NCBI GenBank assembly: GCA_964582295.1
Contig: CAZOQP010000002.1
Span: forward strand, 8,563-72,562
Direction: 5' to 3'
Source of the DNA: an uncultured Candidatus Saccharibacteria bacterium
GTDB taxonomy: Bacteria; Patescibacteriota; Minisyncoccia; Phycocordibacterales; Zambryskibacteraceae
Length of the DNA stretch: 64,000 bases
Position 1 is the first letter of the stretch; each line of letters starts with the position of its first letter. Below are positions 47,108 to 56,563 of the stretch, piece by piece. The notes beneath the pieces are model-generated. The model searched no databases and was not told the origin of the DNA. It saw only the letters and a program-made list of their open reading frames with translations. The translations under genes were made by a program, and so were the position numbers.

Positions 47108-47323
47108 ATGGCTCTAGATATGCCGCAGGATATGCCTGAACAGACACCTCAACAGGCAGAAGTTACGATGACAGCCGAGGAACTGGAATTACTAAGACGA
47201 GACATGCAGCCCGGGGCTGAGCCTTACAGGGTAGAAGTTAGGGAAGATAATCAATATCGTGTGTTCCGTACAAAGGACGAGTACGACGCGTATCTCGAAG
47301 GCAAACGCGAAAATTCTAGATAA
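47108..47323 (+). CDS. small acidic hypothetical protein
   Basis: Probable start MALDMPQD. Confidence 0.45.
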   Translation: MALDMPQDMPEQTPQQAEVTMTAEELELLRRDMQPGAEPYRVEVREDNQYRVFRTKDEYDAYLEGKRENSR

Positions 47324-47365
47324 ATTAATATCAAAAGCTTTAACTGCTTTTGATATACTGTGAGA

Positions 47366-50107
47366 ATGGAAACAGCTCCTACAAAAGAGCGGATGCTCGT
47401 GGCTGAAGAAGAGCTTGCGTATTTGCGCGGGCAATTTGAAAAGCAAAAACAAGAGAATATTTCTTCCGCAAAAATGGGAGACGAAAAAACTCTCTCTCAT
47501 GCAGTAGTGCGTTCCTATGCGGAAGCTCACCCGAGAGAACTTTGGGGTGCTGGGCACACTGCGGCTGAAACAGTAATTGCGGGGCTAGCTTTAAAGATCG
47601 CGCCTGAACCTCATGATGTTCGCATGGAAGAGCTTTACAGGGTTATTCAGACGAAAGGAATATACACAGCTCTTAAGGTGGTAGAGAAAATGAATGACCC
47701 TCATTTGGAGGACGATTTCCACCGCTTCGTGGCTGAGCTTGTGCGTGGAGCACATGGCGTAAAGGGACTAAAGGAAAAAACAGAGCTTTCCCGTTCTGTA
47801 TCGCGAGTACTTTTTGAGATATCCCTTTCACGGAATAAAGATGAAGGAGATAAGGGGGGCTCTGGGCAGGGGCTTCGCGAGCTTGTCTCAAAAATGGAGA
47901 GCATTTATGCCATTCTTCAGGGTCATGAGAAAGACAGGGAAACTATAGTTTTGGAACTTGCAAATTCTGCGGGAAATTCGGAACTGGTTTTTTATGCGGC
48001 GGTTCCCGGAACATGGGCAAACCGTTTTGAAAATGAGATACGTACTGTATATCCGGAAGCGCGGGTGAACGAACGACCGGATGATTACAATGTTTTTGCT
48101 CAAGGCGGCCACATCGCGCTTTCATCTGCAAAGCTCTCTCGTTCTGCAGCTTTGCCGCTTAAAACATTTGAGACTTTTGAGCACGACCCCATGAATCTCC
48201 TAATTGGTGCTTTCGGAAAACTTCATCATGAAAATGAAGGGGCATTAGTTCAGATAGTGGTGGGCGCAGCTTCATCTTCTTTTGAAAAAACAGTGCGAGG
48301 TAAAAAAAGTGCCATAGAAAAAGGTGCTGACCCGAAGGAAGTGCTTGCCGAAAGGGGAGTATTAAGTGAGATATTCGGCATGTTCGGAGATATGTTCAAA
48401 AATTCGGGTGGAAAAAAGAAAGAGGAGAAAGAAAGTTCACTTCAAAAACATGCAGCAGTTCTACAAAAACTTGAGAGTAAATTGGCAAGGCCTATAAGCA
48501 CTGTGTGGATGCGCGTCGCGGCATCCGCCGCGACGCGCGAGCGCGCGGAAGCCATTGGACGCGACATTGAATCCTCTTTCAGACAATTCAGCGAACCCAC
48601 AGGCAATGAAATAATTTTCAAAAAAGTGCGCCCAAGGGAAATGCGCCGCGCCGTGAGGGCCATTTCCTTTCGGTTGCCGTCTTTTGGCGACGCTTTGTAT
48701 TTGAACACTGCTGAACTTGCAACCATTTTCCATTTTGAAAGCGCCGGCCTTACAGCATCCCCAACCCTCAAAACAGCGCAGTCTGTTTCCCATGCCGCAC
48801 CCCTTGATGTTCCAAAAGAGGGAATACTTATGGGGGTGAACGGAACGGCCCCCGATCAGAAAGAAATTTTCCTTGCAGACACAGATCGCCTGCGCCATTT
48901 GTATGTCATAGGCCAGACAGGAACCGGAAAATCAACGCTTCTTAAAAACATAGTTATTCAGGATGTGGAGCGCGGTCATGGCGTGTGCTTCATAGACCCG
49001 CATGGTTCGGATATTGAAGAAATACTTTCCCGTATTCCGCCTGAACGCCAAAAAGATGTCATTTATTTTGACCCAGCCAATCTTGAATATCCGATAGCCC
49101 TCAACATGCTTGAATACGATGCACGTTTTCCTGAACAAAAAACTTTCGTAGTGAACGAGCTCTTCGCAATATTCCAGAAATTGTACGGAGCTGTCCCTGA
49201 ATCAATGGGGCCCATGTTTGAGCAGTATTTCAGGAATGCTACTCTGCTTACTATTGAAGATCCTGAATCCGGCTCAACACTTCTTCATGTGTCACGAGTG
49301 CTTGCAGACAAGGCGTATCGCGAACATAAACTATCCAGATGCAAAAACCCAGTAGTGGTTTCTTTCTGGAAGGAAATAGCTGCAAAAGCGGGAGGGGAGG
49401 CCTCACTTGCGAATATCGTTCCCTATATCACTTCTAAATTTGATGTCTTCCTTGCGAACGACTATATGCGCCCTATCATCTCTCAAGAAAAGTCGTCTCT
49501 TCGTTTCCGCGAGATAATAGATGAAAAGAAAATTCTTTTAGTGAACCTTTCCAAGGGCCGCCTGGGCGAGATAAATAGCAATCTTCTTGGTCTTATTATC
49601 GTTGGCAAACTTCTGATGGCCGCTCTTTCACGTGTTGACGTTTCAGCAGATACGCGAAATCCTTTCCATTTGGTGATAGATGAATTCCAGAATGTTACGA
49701 CAGATTCCCTAGCGACTATTTTTTCCGAGGCCAGGAAATACGCGCTGTCTCTTACAGTCGCACATCAATACATCGCCCAACTGACGGAAAATATCAGCAA
49801 AGCGGTTTTTGGCAACGTGGGAACACTGGCGATCTTCCGAGTAGGCACGGATGATGCAGAGTATTTGGAAAAACAATTATCTCCGGCTTTTGGGGCGGCA
49901 GACCTGGCGAATCTTCCGAACGGCATGGCGGCATTGAAAATATTAGCGAACGGCATACCCCTTCCGCCTTTTGATATTCATACCTTCGGATTTGCGAAAG
50001 GGAATAGCGACGGGCAGGCGCTCAAAGAAGCATCTGCACATAAATATGGCACTCCACGAGAGGAGGTTGATAAGATCATAAACTCGTCTTTCACCCCTGC
50101 TTCTTAA
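47366..50107 (+). CDS. VirD4/TrwB/HerA-like P-loop ATPase
   Basis: RHLYVIGQTGTGKST, IDPHG, IDEFQN, SEARKY.L.L..AHQY..QL, FRVG..DA. Confidence 0.88.
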   Translation: METAPTKERMLVAEEELAYLRGQFEKQKQENISSAKMGDEKTLSHAVVRSYAEAHPRELWGAGHTAAETVIAGLALKIAPEPHDVRMEELYRVIQTKGIYTALKVVEKMNDPHLEDDFHRFVAELVRGAHGVKGLKEKTELSRSVSRVLFEISLSRNKDEGDKGGSGQGLRELVSKMESIYAILQGHEKDRETIVLELANSAGNSELVFYAAVPGTWANRFENEIRTVYPEARVNERPDDYNVFAQGGHIALSSAKLSRSAALPLKTFETFEHDPMNLLIGAFGKLHHENEGALVQIVVGAASSSFEKTVRGKKSAIEKGADPKEVLAERGVLSEIFGMFGDMFKNSGGKKKEEKESSLQKHAAVLQKLESKLARPISTVWMRVAASAATRERAEAIGRDIESSFRQFSEPTGNEIIFKKVRPREMRRAVRAISFRLPSFGDALYLNTAELATIFHFESAGLTASPTLKTAQSVSHAAPLDVPKEGILMGVNGTAPDQKEIFLADTDRLRHLYVIGQTGTGKSTLLKNIVIQDVERGHGVCFIDPHGSDIEEILSRIPPERQKDVIYFDPANLEYPIALNMLEYDARFPEQKTFVVNELFAIFQKLYGAVPESMGPMFEQYFRNATLLTIEDPESGSTLLHVSRVLADKAYREHKLSRCKNPVVVSFWKEIAAKAGGEASLANIVPYITSKFDVFLANDYMRPIISQEKSSLRFREIIDEKKILLVNLSKGRLGEINSNLLGLIIVGKLLMAALSRVDVSADTRNPFHLVIDEFQNVTTDSLATIFSEARKYALSLTVAHQYIAQLTENISKAVFGNVGTLAIFRVGTDDAEYLEKQLSPAFGAADLANLPNGMAALKILANGIPLPPFDIHTFGFAKGNSDGQALKEASAHKYGTPREEVDKIINSSFTPAS

Positions 50108-50113
50108 AGAATT

Positions 50114-50151
50114 GTGTCATTCCAACATTCTCAAGAATGTTGGAATGACAC
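50114..50151. repeat. perfect 18-bp-arm palindrome (REP-like)
   Basis: GTGTCATTCCAACATTCT-CA-AGAATGTTGGAATGACAC, 6 nt after the ATPase stop. Confidence 0.75.
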
Positions 50152-50214
50152 TTGTATACAATAAAAACAGGCAAAACAAAACGGAGGGGTTGTTTTCCCT
50201 CCGTCTCTGTTCCT

Positions 50215-50505
50215 TCATCTGTTGCAGAGGGCGATTGCCTCCTGCACGTACTTCTCGCGGCGAGCCGGAACAACTTCCTTCTCCGCCCTTCGCATATTCT
50301 CATCAAACATCTGAAGCATTGCACCTGTGACAATCTCGTCGTGAGTGTCGCTTCCATCAGGGAAACCCATGAGCTCCTCTACCGCGCGCGGTAGAGCAGT
50401 GATTTCCTCATGCGAGCTTCTTGCGCTGGCGAGTTTTTCCCGTGCCAGCTTCTTCACCCTTTCTTTCGTAACCTCGTCGAGGGCAGTCCACGCCGTCGTG
50501 GTCAT
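50215..50505 (-). CDS. small helical hypothetical protein
   Basis: GGAGGAG SD, TTGACA-N17-TATAGT promoter, terminator at about 50180-50205. Confidence 0.6.
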   Translation of the reverse strand: MTTTAWTALDEVTKERVKKLAREKLASARSSHEEITALPRAVEELMGFPDGSDTHDEIVTGAMLQMFDENMRRAEKEVVPARREKYVQEAIALCNR

Positions 50506-50619
50506 ATTCTCCTCCGGTTCAGGTGTAATGTCGTGCGGGAGCTTTCTAGATGAGTACTATACACCCCTAGCATGTATTTGTCAAGTGAAAAATAGGAATT
50601 TTATAAAAAATAGCTTACT

Positions 50620-51078
50620 TTAGCTCTGAAATAGGGACTCCACTACCACTTTTACGTCTGAACCGTCCGCACTACCCTTAGTTTCTTTCATTACTGCACC
50701 CATAAGTATCCCCATTTTTGTTTTGTCTGTAATACCAAGCTCTTGTTTCTTCGCTTCGGCTATTTTAATGATCTCTTCGCGGCTCATTTGAGCTGGAAGA
50801 TAGGAAGAAATTATATCCAATTCCTTTTTCTCGGCGTCGGCTAGATCGGCTCGGCCGGCTTTGGAGAATTGCTCTAAGGAATCTTTTCGCTGATTTGCAA
50901 GGCGCTTCATCACTGTGAGAGCGATGTCGTCTGGCACAGCTTCATTTGGCTTCTTTCCTTTTGACACTAGTTCGTTAGTGAACCCCGCAATGAGACTGCG
51001 AAGAGTGGTGGTTCGCATGGAATCTTTGGAGCGCATGGCCTCCAAAAGGTCACTTTTTATCCTTTCTTCAAATGTCAT
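50620..51078 (-). CDS. GatB/YqeY domain protein
   Basis: QRKDS.EQF..AGR.DLA..E..EL.II..YLP, MG.LMGAVM. Confidence 0.92.
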   Translation of the reverse strand: MTFEERIKSDLLEAMRSKDSMRTTTLRSLIAGFTNELVSKGKKPNEAVPDDIALTVMKRLANQRKDSLEQFSKAGRADLADAEKKELDIISSYLPAQMSREEIIKIAEAKKQELGITDKTKMGILMGAVMKETKGSADGSDVKVVVESLFQS

Positions 51079-51112
51079 ATGGGCATTTTAGCATATTTGA
51101 TATAATGACCGT

Positions 51113-52156
51113 ATGACGACGCTTCTTATTACGCTCGTGGGACTAATGCTTCTCATTCAGCTCGCGGTTTTTTGGCGAATGTCGCAAGGAAAAAAAGATG
51201 CGGGGCCGGAGGGGTTGATGCTTCTTCAAAACCAGCTTTCCCATCTCACTAAATCTATAGATGAACGCCTTTCCGATTCTGCCCGCACGATGTTTGACAC
51301 AGTGGAAAAGCAGACCGACCAATCCATGAAAATAATCCGTGATGTAACGGAGCGCTTGACGAAGATAGATGAGACAAGTAAGCAGTTCACATCTTTTGCC
51401 GCGCAACTTCAGGACCTGCAGGATGTTCTGAAGAACCCGAAGCAGAGGGGGATTTTAGGGGAATATTATCTGGAAACTCTTTTGAAAAATGTTCTGCCAC
51501 CAGATGGATATGCCATGCAGTACGCTTTCAAGGACGGCACGGTGGTTGATGCGGCGGTTTTCGTGAAGGAAAGGATAATTCCTGTTGACTCAAAATTTTC
51601 GCTCGACAACTACCGCAGGGTGCTTGAGGAAAAGGACGAAAACCGCCGCAAGGAGCTTGAAAAACTTTTTGTGAACGATCTCAAGCTTCGCATCAGCGAA
51701 ACTGCAAAATACATAAAGCCGGCCGAAGGCACCATGGATTTTGCTTTCATGTTTATTCCACATGAAGCTATTTATTACGATCTCCTGGTGAATAAAGTGG
51801 GGGAGATAACAGAAGAAACAGAAAATCTCATAGAACGGGCAGCGCGCAAATATCACGTTATCATCGTCTCGCCGACATCATTCCTTGCATACCTTCAGAC
51901 CGTTCTTCAGGGATTACGCTCGCTTCAGGTGGAGGAGACGGCGAAAGAGATAATAAAAAATGTGGACGATTTGCGGAAGCACCTTGCGGCTTATTCCGAA
52001 TATCACAACAAGCTCGGAGTAGCTTTGGGAACTGTGGTGAACCACTACGGAAAATCCTCAAGCGAGTTCAAAAAGATAGACAAGGACGTTTTGCGTATTA
52101 CCGAAGAGCGTATAGGTATTACTTTGCCTGAAATAGAAAGGCCGGAAGTGGAGTAA
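51113..52156 (+). CDS. rmuC: DNA recombination protein RmuC
   Basis: K.RG..GE..LE, PVDSKF, KYI.P..GT.DFA.MF.P.E, SPT. Confidence 0.92.
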   Translation: MTTLLITLVGLMLLIQLAVFWRMSQGKKDAGPEGLMLLQNQLSHLTKSIDERLSDSARTMFDTVEKQTDQSMKIIRDVTERLTKIDETSKQFTSFAAQLQDLQDVLKNPKQRGILGEYYLETLLKNVLPPDGYAMQYAFKDGTVVDAAVFVKERIIPVDSKFSLDNYRRVLEEKDENRRKELEKLFVNDLKLRISETAKYIKPAEGTMDFAFMFIPHEAIYYDLLVNKVGEITEETENLIERAARKYHVIIVSPTSFLAYLQTVLQGLRSLQVEETAKEIIKNVDDLRKHLAAYSEYHNKLGVALGTVVNHYGKSSSEFKKIDKDVLRITEERIGITLPEIERPEVE

Positions 52157-52160
52157 GAAG

Positions 52161-52267
52161 GCGCTCGGCGTGTTGCCGAAAAGGGTACGCATAAAAATCT
52201 GCTGATTTTTTGCTCACTCTCAAACCGTCGTTTTCCGAGAGCCCCTTTTCGGCAGCACCCCTCGCTT
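52161..52267 (+). repeat. CGCTC-bounded branched-hairpin element, copy E (covarying variant of B/D)
   Basis: Shares GTACGCATAAAAATCTGCTGATTTTTTGCTCAC core; stems differ by compensatory changes. Confidence 0.88.
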
Positions 52268-52359
52268 CAAATCAAAGATACGTACAGTACCCTAAATCTG
52301 CCATAAGTGGCGGATTGAGGGGTTGTTTTTATGGGGGATTTGTGTAGAATAATCGTCCT

Positions 52360-52731
52360 ATGTCAGAGATTAAAAAGACAGCTAAAAAGACCCCAAAAGC
52401 AGCCCGTAAGCCGGTAGGTGTGGGTGCATTTGCTGTTGTGGAGACGGGAGGGAAGCAGTATATCGTCCGTTCCGGGCAGACTCTAAAGATAGAGAAACTT
52501 GAAGCGAAGGAAGGGGATAAAGTCACTTTTGATAATGTACTTCTCCATTCCGATGGCGCTGCTGTTTCCGTGGGTGCTCCTCATGTAACGGGTGTGAAAG
52601 TGGAAGCTACTGTGCTCGGTCAGGGGCGTGCAAAGAAAATTTTGGTAATGAAATACAGACCGAAGTCTCGCTATATGAAAAGGAATGGGCATCGTCAACC
52701 TTTCACTGAAGTAGAGATCACTACTGTTTAA
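52360..52731 (+). CDS. rplU: 50S ribosomal protein L21
   Basis: FAVVETGGKQY, GHRQPFT. Confidence 0.96.
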   Translation: MSEIKKTAKKTPKAARKPVGVGAFAVVETGGKQYIVRSGQTLKIEKLEAKEGDKVTFDNVLLHSDGAAVSVGAPHVTGVKVEATVLGQGRAKKILVMKYRPKSRYMKRNGHRQPFTEVEITTV

Positions 52732-52740
52732 TAGTCTCCA

Positions 52741-52782
52741 TAAATGCATAATCCCCAACCGAAGTAGGGGATTATGCATTTA
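52741..52782. terminator. bidirectional terminator
   Basis: TAAATGCATAATCCCC...GGGGATTATGCATTTA. Confidence 0.7.
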
Positions 52783-52816
52783 TATTAACGACAGAACTCT
52801 CTTTTTCTTACAATCA

Positions 52817-53032
52817 CTATGCGGCTCTCTGCTGGTCAGGATTTTCGTCAAGATTTGCAGTGATTCTGTTCGCTATTATGTCTTCCTCTATTCTTATTTG
52901 ATCCTCACTTACTCCTCTCTTTTGCATTTCGGCCCTTTTTTGTTCATCAAAGCGAAAACGCCTTTTGTTGGGCTGTTCACTAAATGGAATATTGTCCGGA
53001 GGCAAGCCTTCAAATGGTTGTTCTATAGCCAT
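52817..53032 (-). CDS. small hypothetical protein
   Basis: 71 aa; TAAAAT 6 nt before ATG. Confidence 0.55.
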   Translation of the reverse strand: MAIEQPFEGLPPDNIPFSEQPNKRRFRFDEQKRAEMQKRGVSEDQIRIEEDIIANRITANLDENPDQQRAA

Positions 53033-53041
53033 GCCTTTATT

Positions 53042-53662
53042 TTACCTCACTGATCTTCGCCCTGCAATTGCATTTTTCAGGGTCTCCGGATCAGCATATT
53101 CAAGCTCTGTACCTGTGGAAAGTCCTCGGCCGAGGGAGGTCATCTTGAGGTCGGGGAATTCGGCCTTCAGGCGGCCTGCGAGCCATCCTATAGTGAAGTC
53201 ACCATCTGGTGTGAGGTCTGAAGCCAGGATGATCTCTAAAAGGCCGGGACCAAGGCCTTTTACACGCTCTATAAGCTCCCGCAGGCGCACTTTTCTCTCC
53301 GGGGTGTCATCGAGCACAGAAAGAGTGTTGCCGAGTATGAAATAAAGACCTTTATATGCGCCACTTCCTTCTAAGTGCAAAAAGTCGCTGTCGCGTGGGA
53401 CCACGAGAAGGGAAGTCTTATCGCGTGAATCGTCGGCACAGGTGCGGCATATGATTTTTTCCCGGGTACCGGAAATAGGGAAGATCCGAAAACACTGACT
53501 ACAGGTTCCGAGTCCTGCTTTAAGGTCGTTTATATGAGATGCGAGGCGGGAAAGAAATTGAGGAGATTCATGTGCCAGGAAATATGCGAAGCGCTTGGCC
53601 TGCTTGGGGCCTATGCCGGGGAATTTGCGAAACATTTCTTCCAGGTCTTCAAAGGGGCTCAT
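53042..53662 (-). CDS. recR: recombination protein RecR
   Basis: PGIGPKQA.R, C..C/C..C zinc finger, Toprim, G.ELEYAD..TL. Confidence 0.93.
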   Translation of the reverse strand: MSPFEDLEEMFRKFPGIGPKQAKRFAYFLAHESPQFLSRLASHINDLKAGLGTCSQCFRIFPISGTREKIICRTCADDSRDKTSLLVVPRDSDFLHLEGSGAYKGLYFILGNTLSVLDDTPERKVRLRELIERVKGLGPGLLEIILASDLTPDGDFTIGWLAGRLKAEFPDLKMTSLGRGLSTGTELEYADPETLKNAIAGRRSVR

Positions 53663-53673
53663 AAGGAGCTATT

Positions 53674-55056
53674 TTACATTGTTTCGAACTCTTCTTCCGC
53701 CCCTCCGTAATTAGCGCGGTCTATTTCCACAAAAGATGTTTTCTGGTTATCAAACTGCATAAGCACAGAACCCACAGGACCGTTTCGGTGCTTGGCGATA
53801 ATTATTTTCTTTTCTGTCATTTGCTCGCGTCGGTTGTGCTCATCTTTCTTATCATCTCCGTGAATGAACATCACCACGTCAGCATCTTGTTCAATGGAAC
53901 CTGAATCGCGGAGGTCTGAAAGGCGCGGCTCGCCGCCTCTTTTTTCCACATCACGGGAAAGCTGGGAAAGGGCAAGGATGGGAATGTGCAATTCACGTGC
54001 CAAATGTTTGAGTGAGCGGGATATTTCCGTTACCTGTTGAACAAGTGAATCATGAGCGCGTGCATTGCCGGGCACCATAAGTTGAAGGTAATCAACAATG
54101 AGGAGCTTCAGGTCTTTTTCCATTTTCAATTTTCGAGCGGCCGAGCGCATACGCATTATGGTGTTGCCCGGCTGATCATCTATGTAAATGGGGGCATTGG
54201 AGAGTTCGCCGAGAGCATTTCGGAGGGCCACGAACTGGTCTCCTTTTATGCGCCCACGGCGAAGCATCCATGAATCCAGGCGAGATTGGGCGGCCATGAT
54301 GCGGTCCACAAGCTGATGTGAGCTCATTTCAAGAGAGAATATGCCGACAGATGTGCCGTGCTCCACGGCGGTGCGACGGGCGATATCCAAAGCAAGTGAT
54401 GTTTTACCGACCGATGGTCTTGCGGCGAGTATTATGAGGTCTGAAGGCTGGAAGCCGGCCAGGAGATTATCAAGACCTTTGAAGCCGGTTGGAACACCGC
54501 GCAATTCCTGGGGCGAATTAGATAGATGTTCAAGGCGTTCATATGCCTGATGAAGGAGGGGGCGGAGTTCTTTGAAATTTTGATTTAGGGAATATTTTTG
54601 AGTAACATCAAAAACTCTTTTCTCTGCTTCGTCCAAGAGACTTTCAAGCTCCGCCGCTTCGTCAAAGCCAAGACGCGTCACATGGTCGGCGGCTTCTATG
54701 AGAAGGCGCATCAAATGTTTCTTCTGGATTATCTCCGCATAGTGACGCGCATTCGCGGCAGTGGGAACACCTTGGGATATTTCACCGAGATAATGCCTGC
54801 CGCCTATGGCTTCCAGAAATCCTTTACTCTCAAGCCGTTCGGAAAGGGAAATGAGGTCAATAGGTTCGCGCTTGTTCATTAGTTCAAGCATCATTTCAAA
54901 AATGCGCGCGTGCTTATCGGCATAAAAAGAAGCAGGAGTAACAAGATCTATTATTTCGTAAAGAGCTTCAGGCCGCAGGAACACCGAACCGATAAGGGCT
55001 CTTTCCGCATCAAGAGATTGAGGGGGCACTCGCACGAATTGAGGACTATCTGCCAT
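53674..55056 (-). CDS. dnaB: replicative DNA helicase
   Basis: PPQS.DAE, AARPSVGKT, VDYLQL, LSQLSR, LRDSGSIEQDAD. Confidence 0.97.
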   Translation of the reverse strand: MADSPQFVRVPPQSLDAERALIGSVFLRPEALYEIIDLVTPASFYADKHARIFEMMLELMNKREPIDLISLSERLESKGFLEAIGGRHYLGEISQGVPTAANARHYAEIIQKKHLMRLLIEAADHVTRLGFDEAAELESLLDEAEKRVFDVTQKYSLNQNFKELRPLLHQAYERLEHLSNSPQELRGVPTGFKGLDNLLAGFQPSDLIILAARPSVGKTSLALDIARRTAVEHGTSVGIFSLEMSSHQLVDRIMAAQSRLDSWMLRRGRIKGDQFVALRNALGELSNAPIYIDDQPGNTIMRMRSAARKLKMEKDLKLLIVDYLQLMVPGNARAHDSLVQQVTEISRSLKHLARELHIPILALSQLSRDVEKRGGEPRLSDLRDSGSIEQDADVVMFIHGDDKKDEHNRREQMTEKKIIIAKHRNGPVGSVLMQFDNQKTSFVEIDRANYGGAEEEFETM

Positions 55057-55138
55057 GTGCAAACTATAAATGAAGGTAAGACCCTAGCAAAGCCGTTAAA
55101 AGTGGGGAAGGTGTGCGTAGGATGGGGAAAGCCCGGCT

Positions 55139-56494
55139 TTAAAGATTTTTTAGAGCTTTCGTTCCTGTGGGGGTGTCAAAAATGGAGTATTGAGCGGAAA
55201 TAATCTCGTCGCGGAGACGGTCGGAGGCGGAGTAATCACTCTTTTCACGTGCAGCGTTTCTTTCGGAGATCTTAGCTTCAATTTCAGGTGAAATGTTCTT
55301 AGCTTCTTCCGCGAGTTTCGTGATGGGCAACCCGAGGACTTTTTCCGCAAATTCAACATCTATATTTTCCATGGCCGCAATTGCTTGGGGAGTGTTCAGG
55401 TCATCCGCTATGTATTTCAAAAGTTCAGGATCCGCTTTTGTTTCTCCTGTTAGCGCATATTGATGTACTACTCTCTGGAGTGCAGCTTGAGCGGCTTCTA
55501 ATGCTTCCCAGGTGAAATCTACCGGAGTTTTGTAATGAGCAGTGAGAAAAAGATAACGAAGTGATAGGGGATTAAACCCTCGTTCCAAAACATCTCGCAT
55601 ACGCACGATATCGCCCTCAGATTTGGCCATTTTATCGCCGCCGAAATTCAAAAATGCCGAGTGCATGAAAAATCGCGCAAAAGGCTTGCCGGTAGCACCT
55701 TCGGATTGTGCTATCTCGTTGTTGTGATGAATAGGCGCGAGATCAATGCCTCCGGTGTGGATGTCTAAAGTCTCTGTCTGAAGAGTTCGCATAGACATAG
55801 CCGAGCATTCAATGTGCCAGCCAGGAAAACCTTTGCCATACGGACTTTCAAAACCGATCTCTGAATTCTTTTTCCAAAGGGCGAAATCACGCGAATTCTT
55901 TTTATTGGTGTTAGATGTACTTAAAAGTTCCTCTGGTTTTGGCAAGCCCGGTAATTTTCCGTAATCAGGGAATTGCTCGGTATCAAAATAGATACCATCT
56001 GCCGTTTCATAGGCAAGGCCTTTCGCCAAAAGTTTTTGGATAATATTCAGATCCTCACTTATATACACAGAATCAGATGCACGGGGCATGTGGTGAGGTT
56101 TCAAGATATTCAAGGTTGCAAGATCTTCTTTGAAAGCATTCATATATCTGGTGGCGAGGTCGTGCATCGCGGAAAGTGTCAAGGGTTGGTTCTCCCGCAC
56201 CAGAGCTTTTGTCATCTTGTCTTCACCCTCTGCATTGTCCCCTGAAAGGTGCCCTACATCTGTGATATTCATGCTTTGTTCCACTTGGAAACCCGTTGCC
56301 TCAAGTGCGCGGCGCAAGGTGTCTGCAAAAACGAAAGAGCGAAGGTTACCCACATGCACATAGTCGTAAACGGTAGGGCCACAATGGTAAAGAGTGACGC
56401 GGGGAGGCCCGCCTGATGACGAGGCAGGGGTCAATGGCTCAAAGGTTTCTTTCCGCCCTGTCAGGGAGTTGAAGAATTTCAGAGTATTGGGCAT
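55139..56494 (-). CDS. cysS: cysteinyl-tRNA synthetase
   Basis: CGPTVY..HVGN, PGWHIECSAM, HHNNE, KMAKS. Confidence 0.96.
   Translation of the reverse strand: MPNTLKFFNSLTGRKETFEPLTPASSSGGPPRVTLYHCGPTVYDYVHVGNLRSFVFADTLRRALEATGFQVEQSMNITDVGHLSGDNAEGEDKMTKALVRENQPLTLSAMHDLATRYMNAFKEDLATLNILKPHHMPRASDSVYISEDLNIIQKLLAKGLAYETADGIYFDTEQFPDYGKLPGLPKPEELLSTSNTNKKNSRDFALWKKNSEIGFESPYGKGFPGWHIECSAMSMRTLQTETLDIHTGGIDLAPIHHNNEIAQSEGATGKPFARFFMHSAFLNFGGDKMAKSEGDIVRMRDVLERGFNPLSLRYLFLTAHYKTPVDFTWEALEAAQAALQRVVHQYALTGETKADPELLKYIADDLNTPQAIAAMENIDVEFAEKVLGLPITKLAEEAKNISPEIEAKISERNAAREKSDYSASDRLRDEIISAQYSIFDTPTGTKALKNL
56408..56428 (-). repeat. in-frame 21-nt palindromic insert in cysS
   Basis: CCTGCCT-CGTCATC-AGGCGGG encodes PASSSGG. 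Confidence 0.6.
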
Positions 56495-56563
56495 TTATGG
56501 CGCGATTATATCATGAGCTATTCAGATGGATTTGATGCGGTGCGTATGAGATAATTGGCACTT

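Noticed and set aside
18595-52267. CRISPR array or integron attC interpretation of the repeats
   Set aside because: Copies are dispersed rather than regularly spaced, with no cas or integrase genes and no GTTRRRY ends
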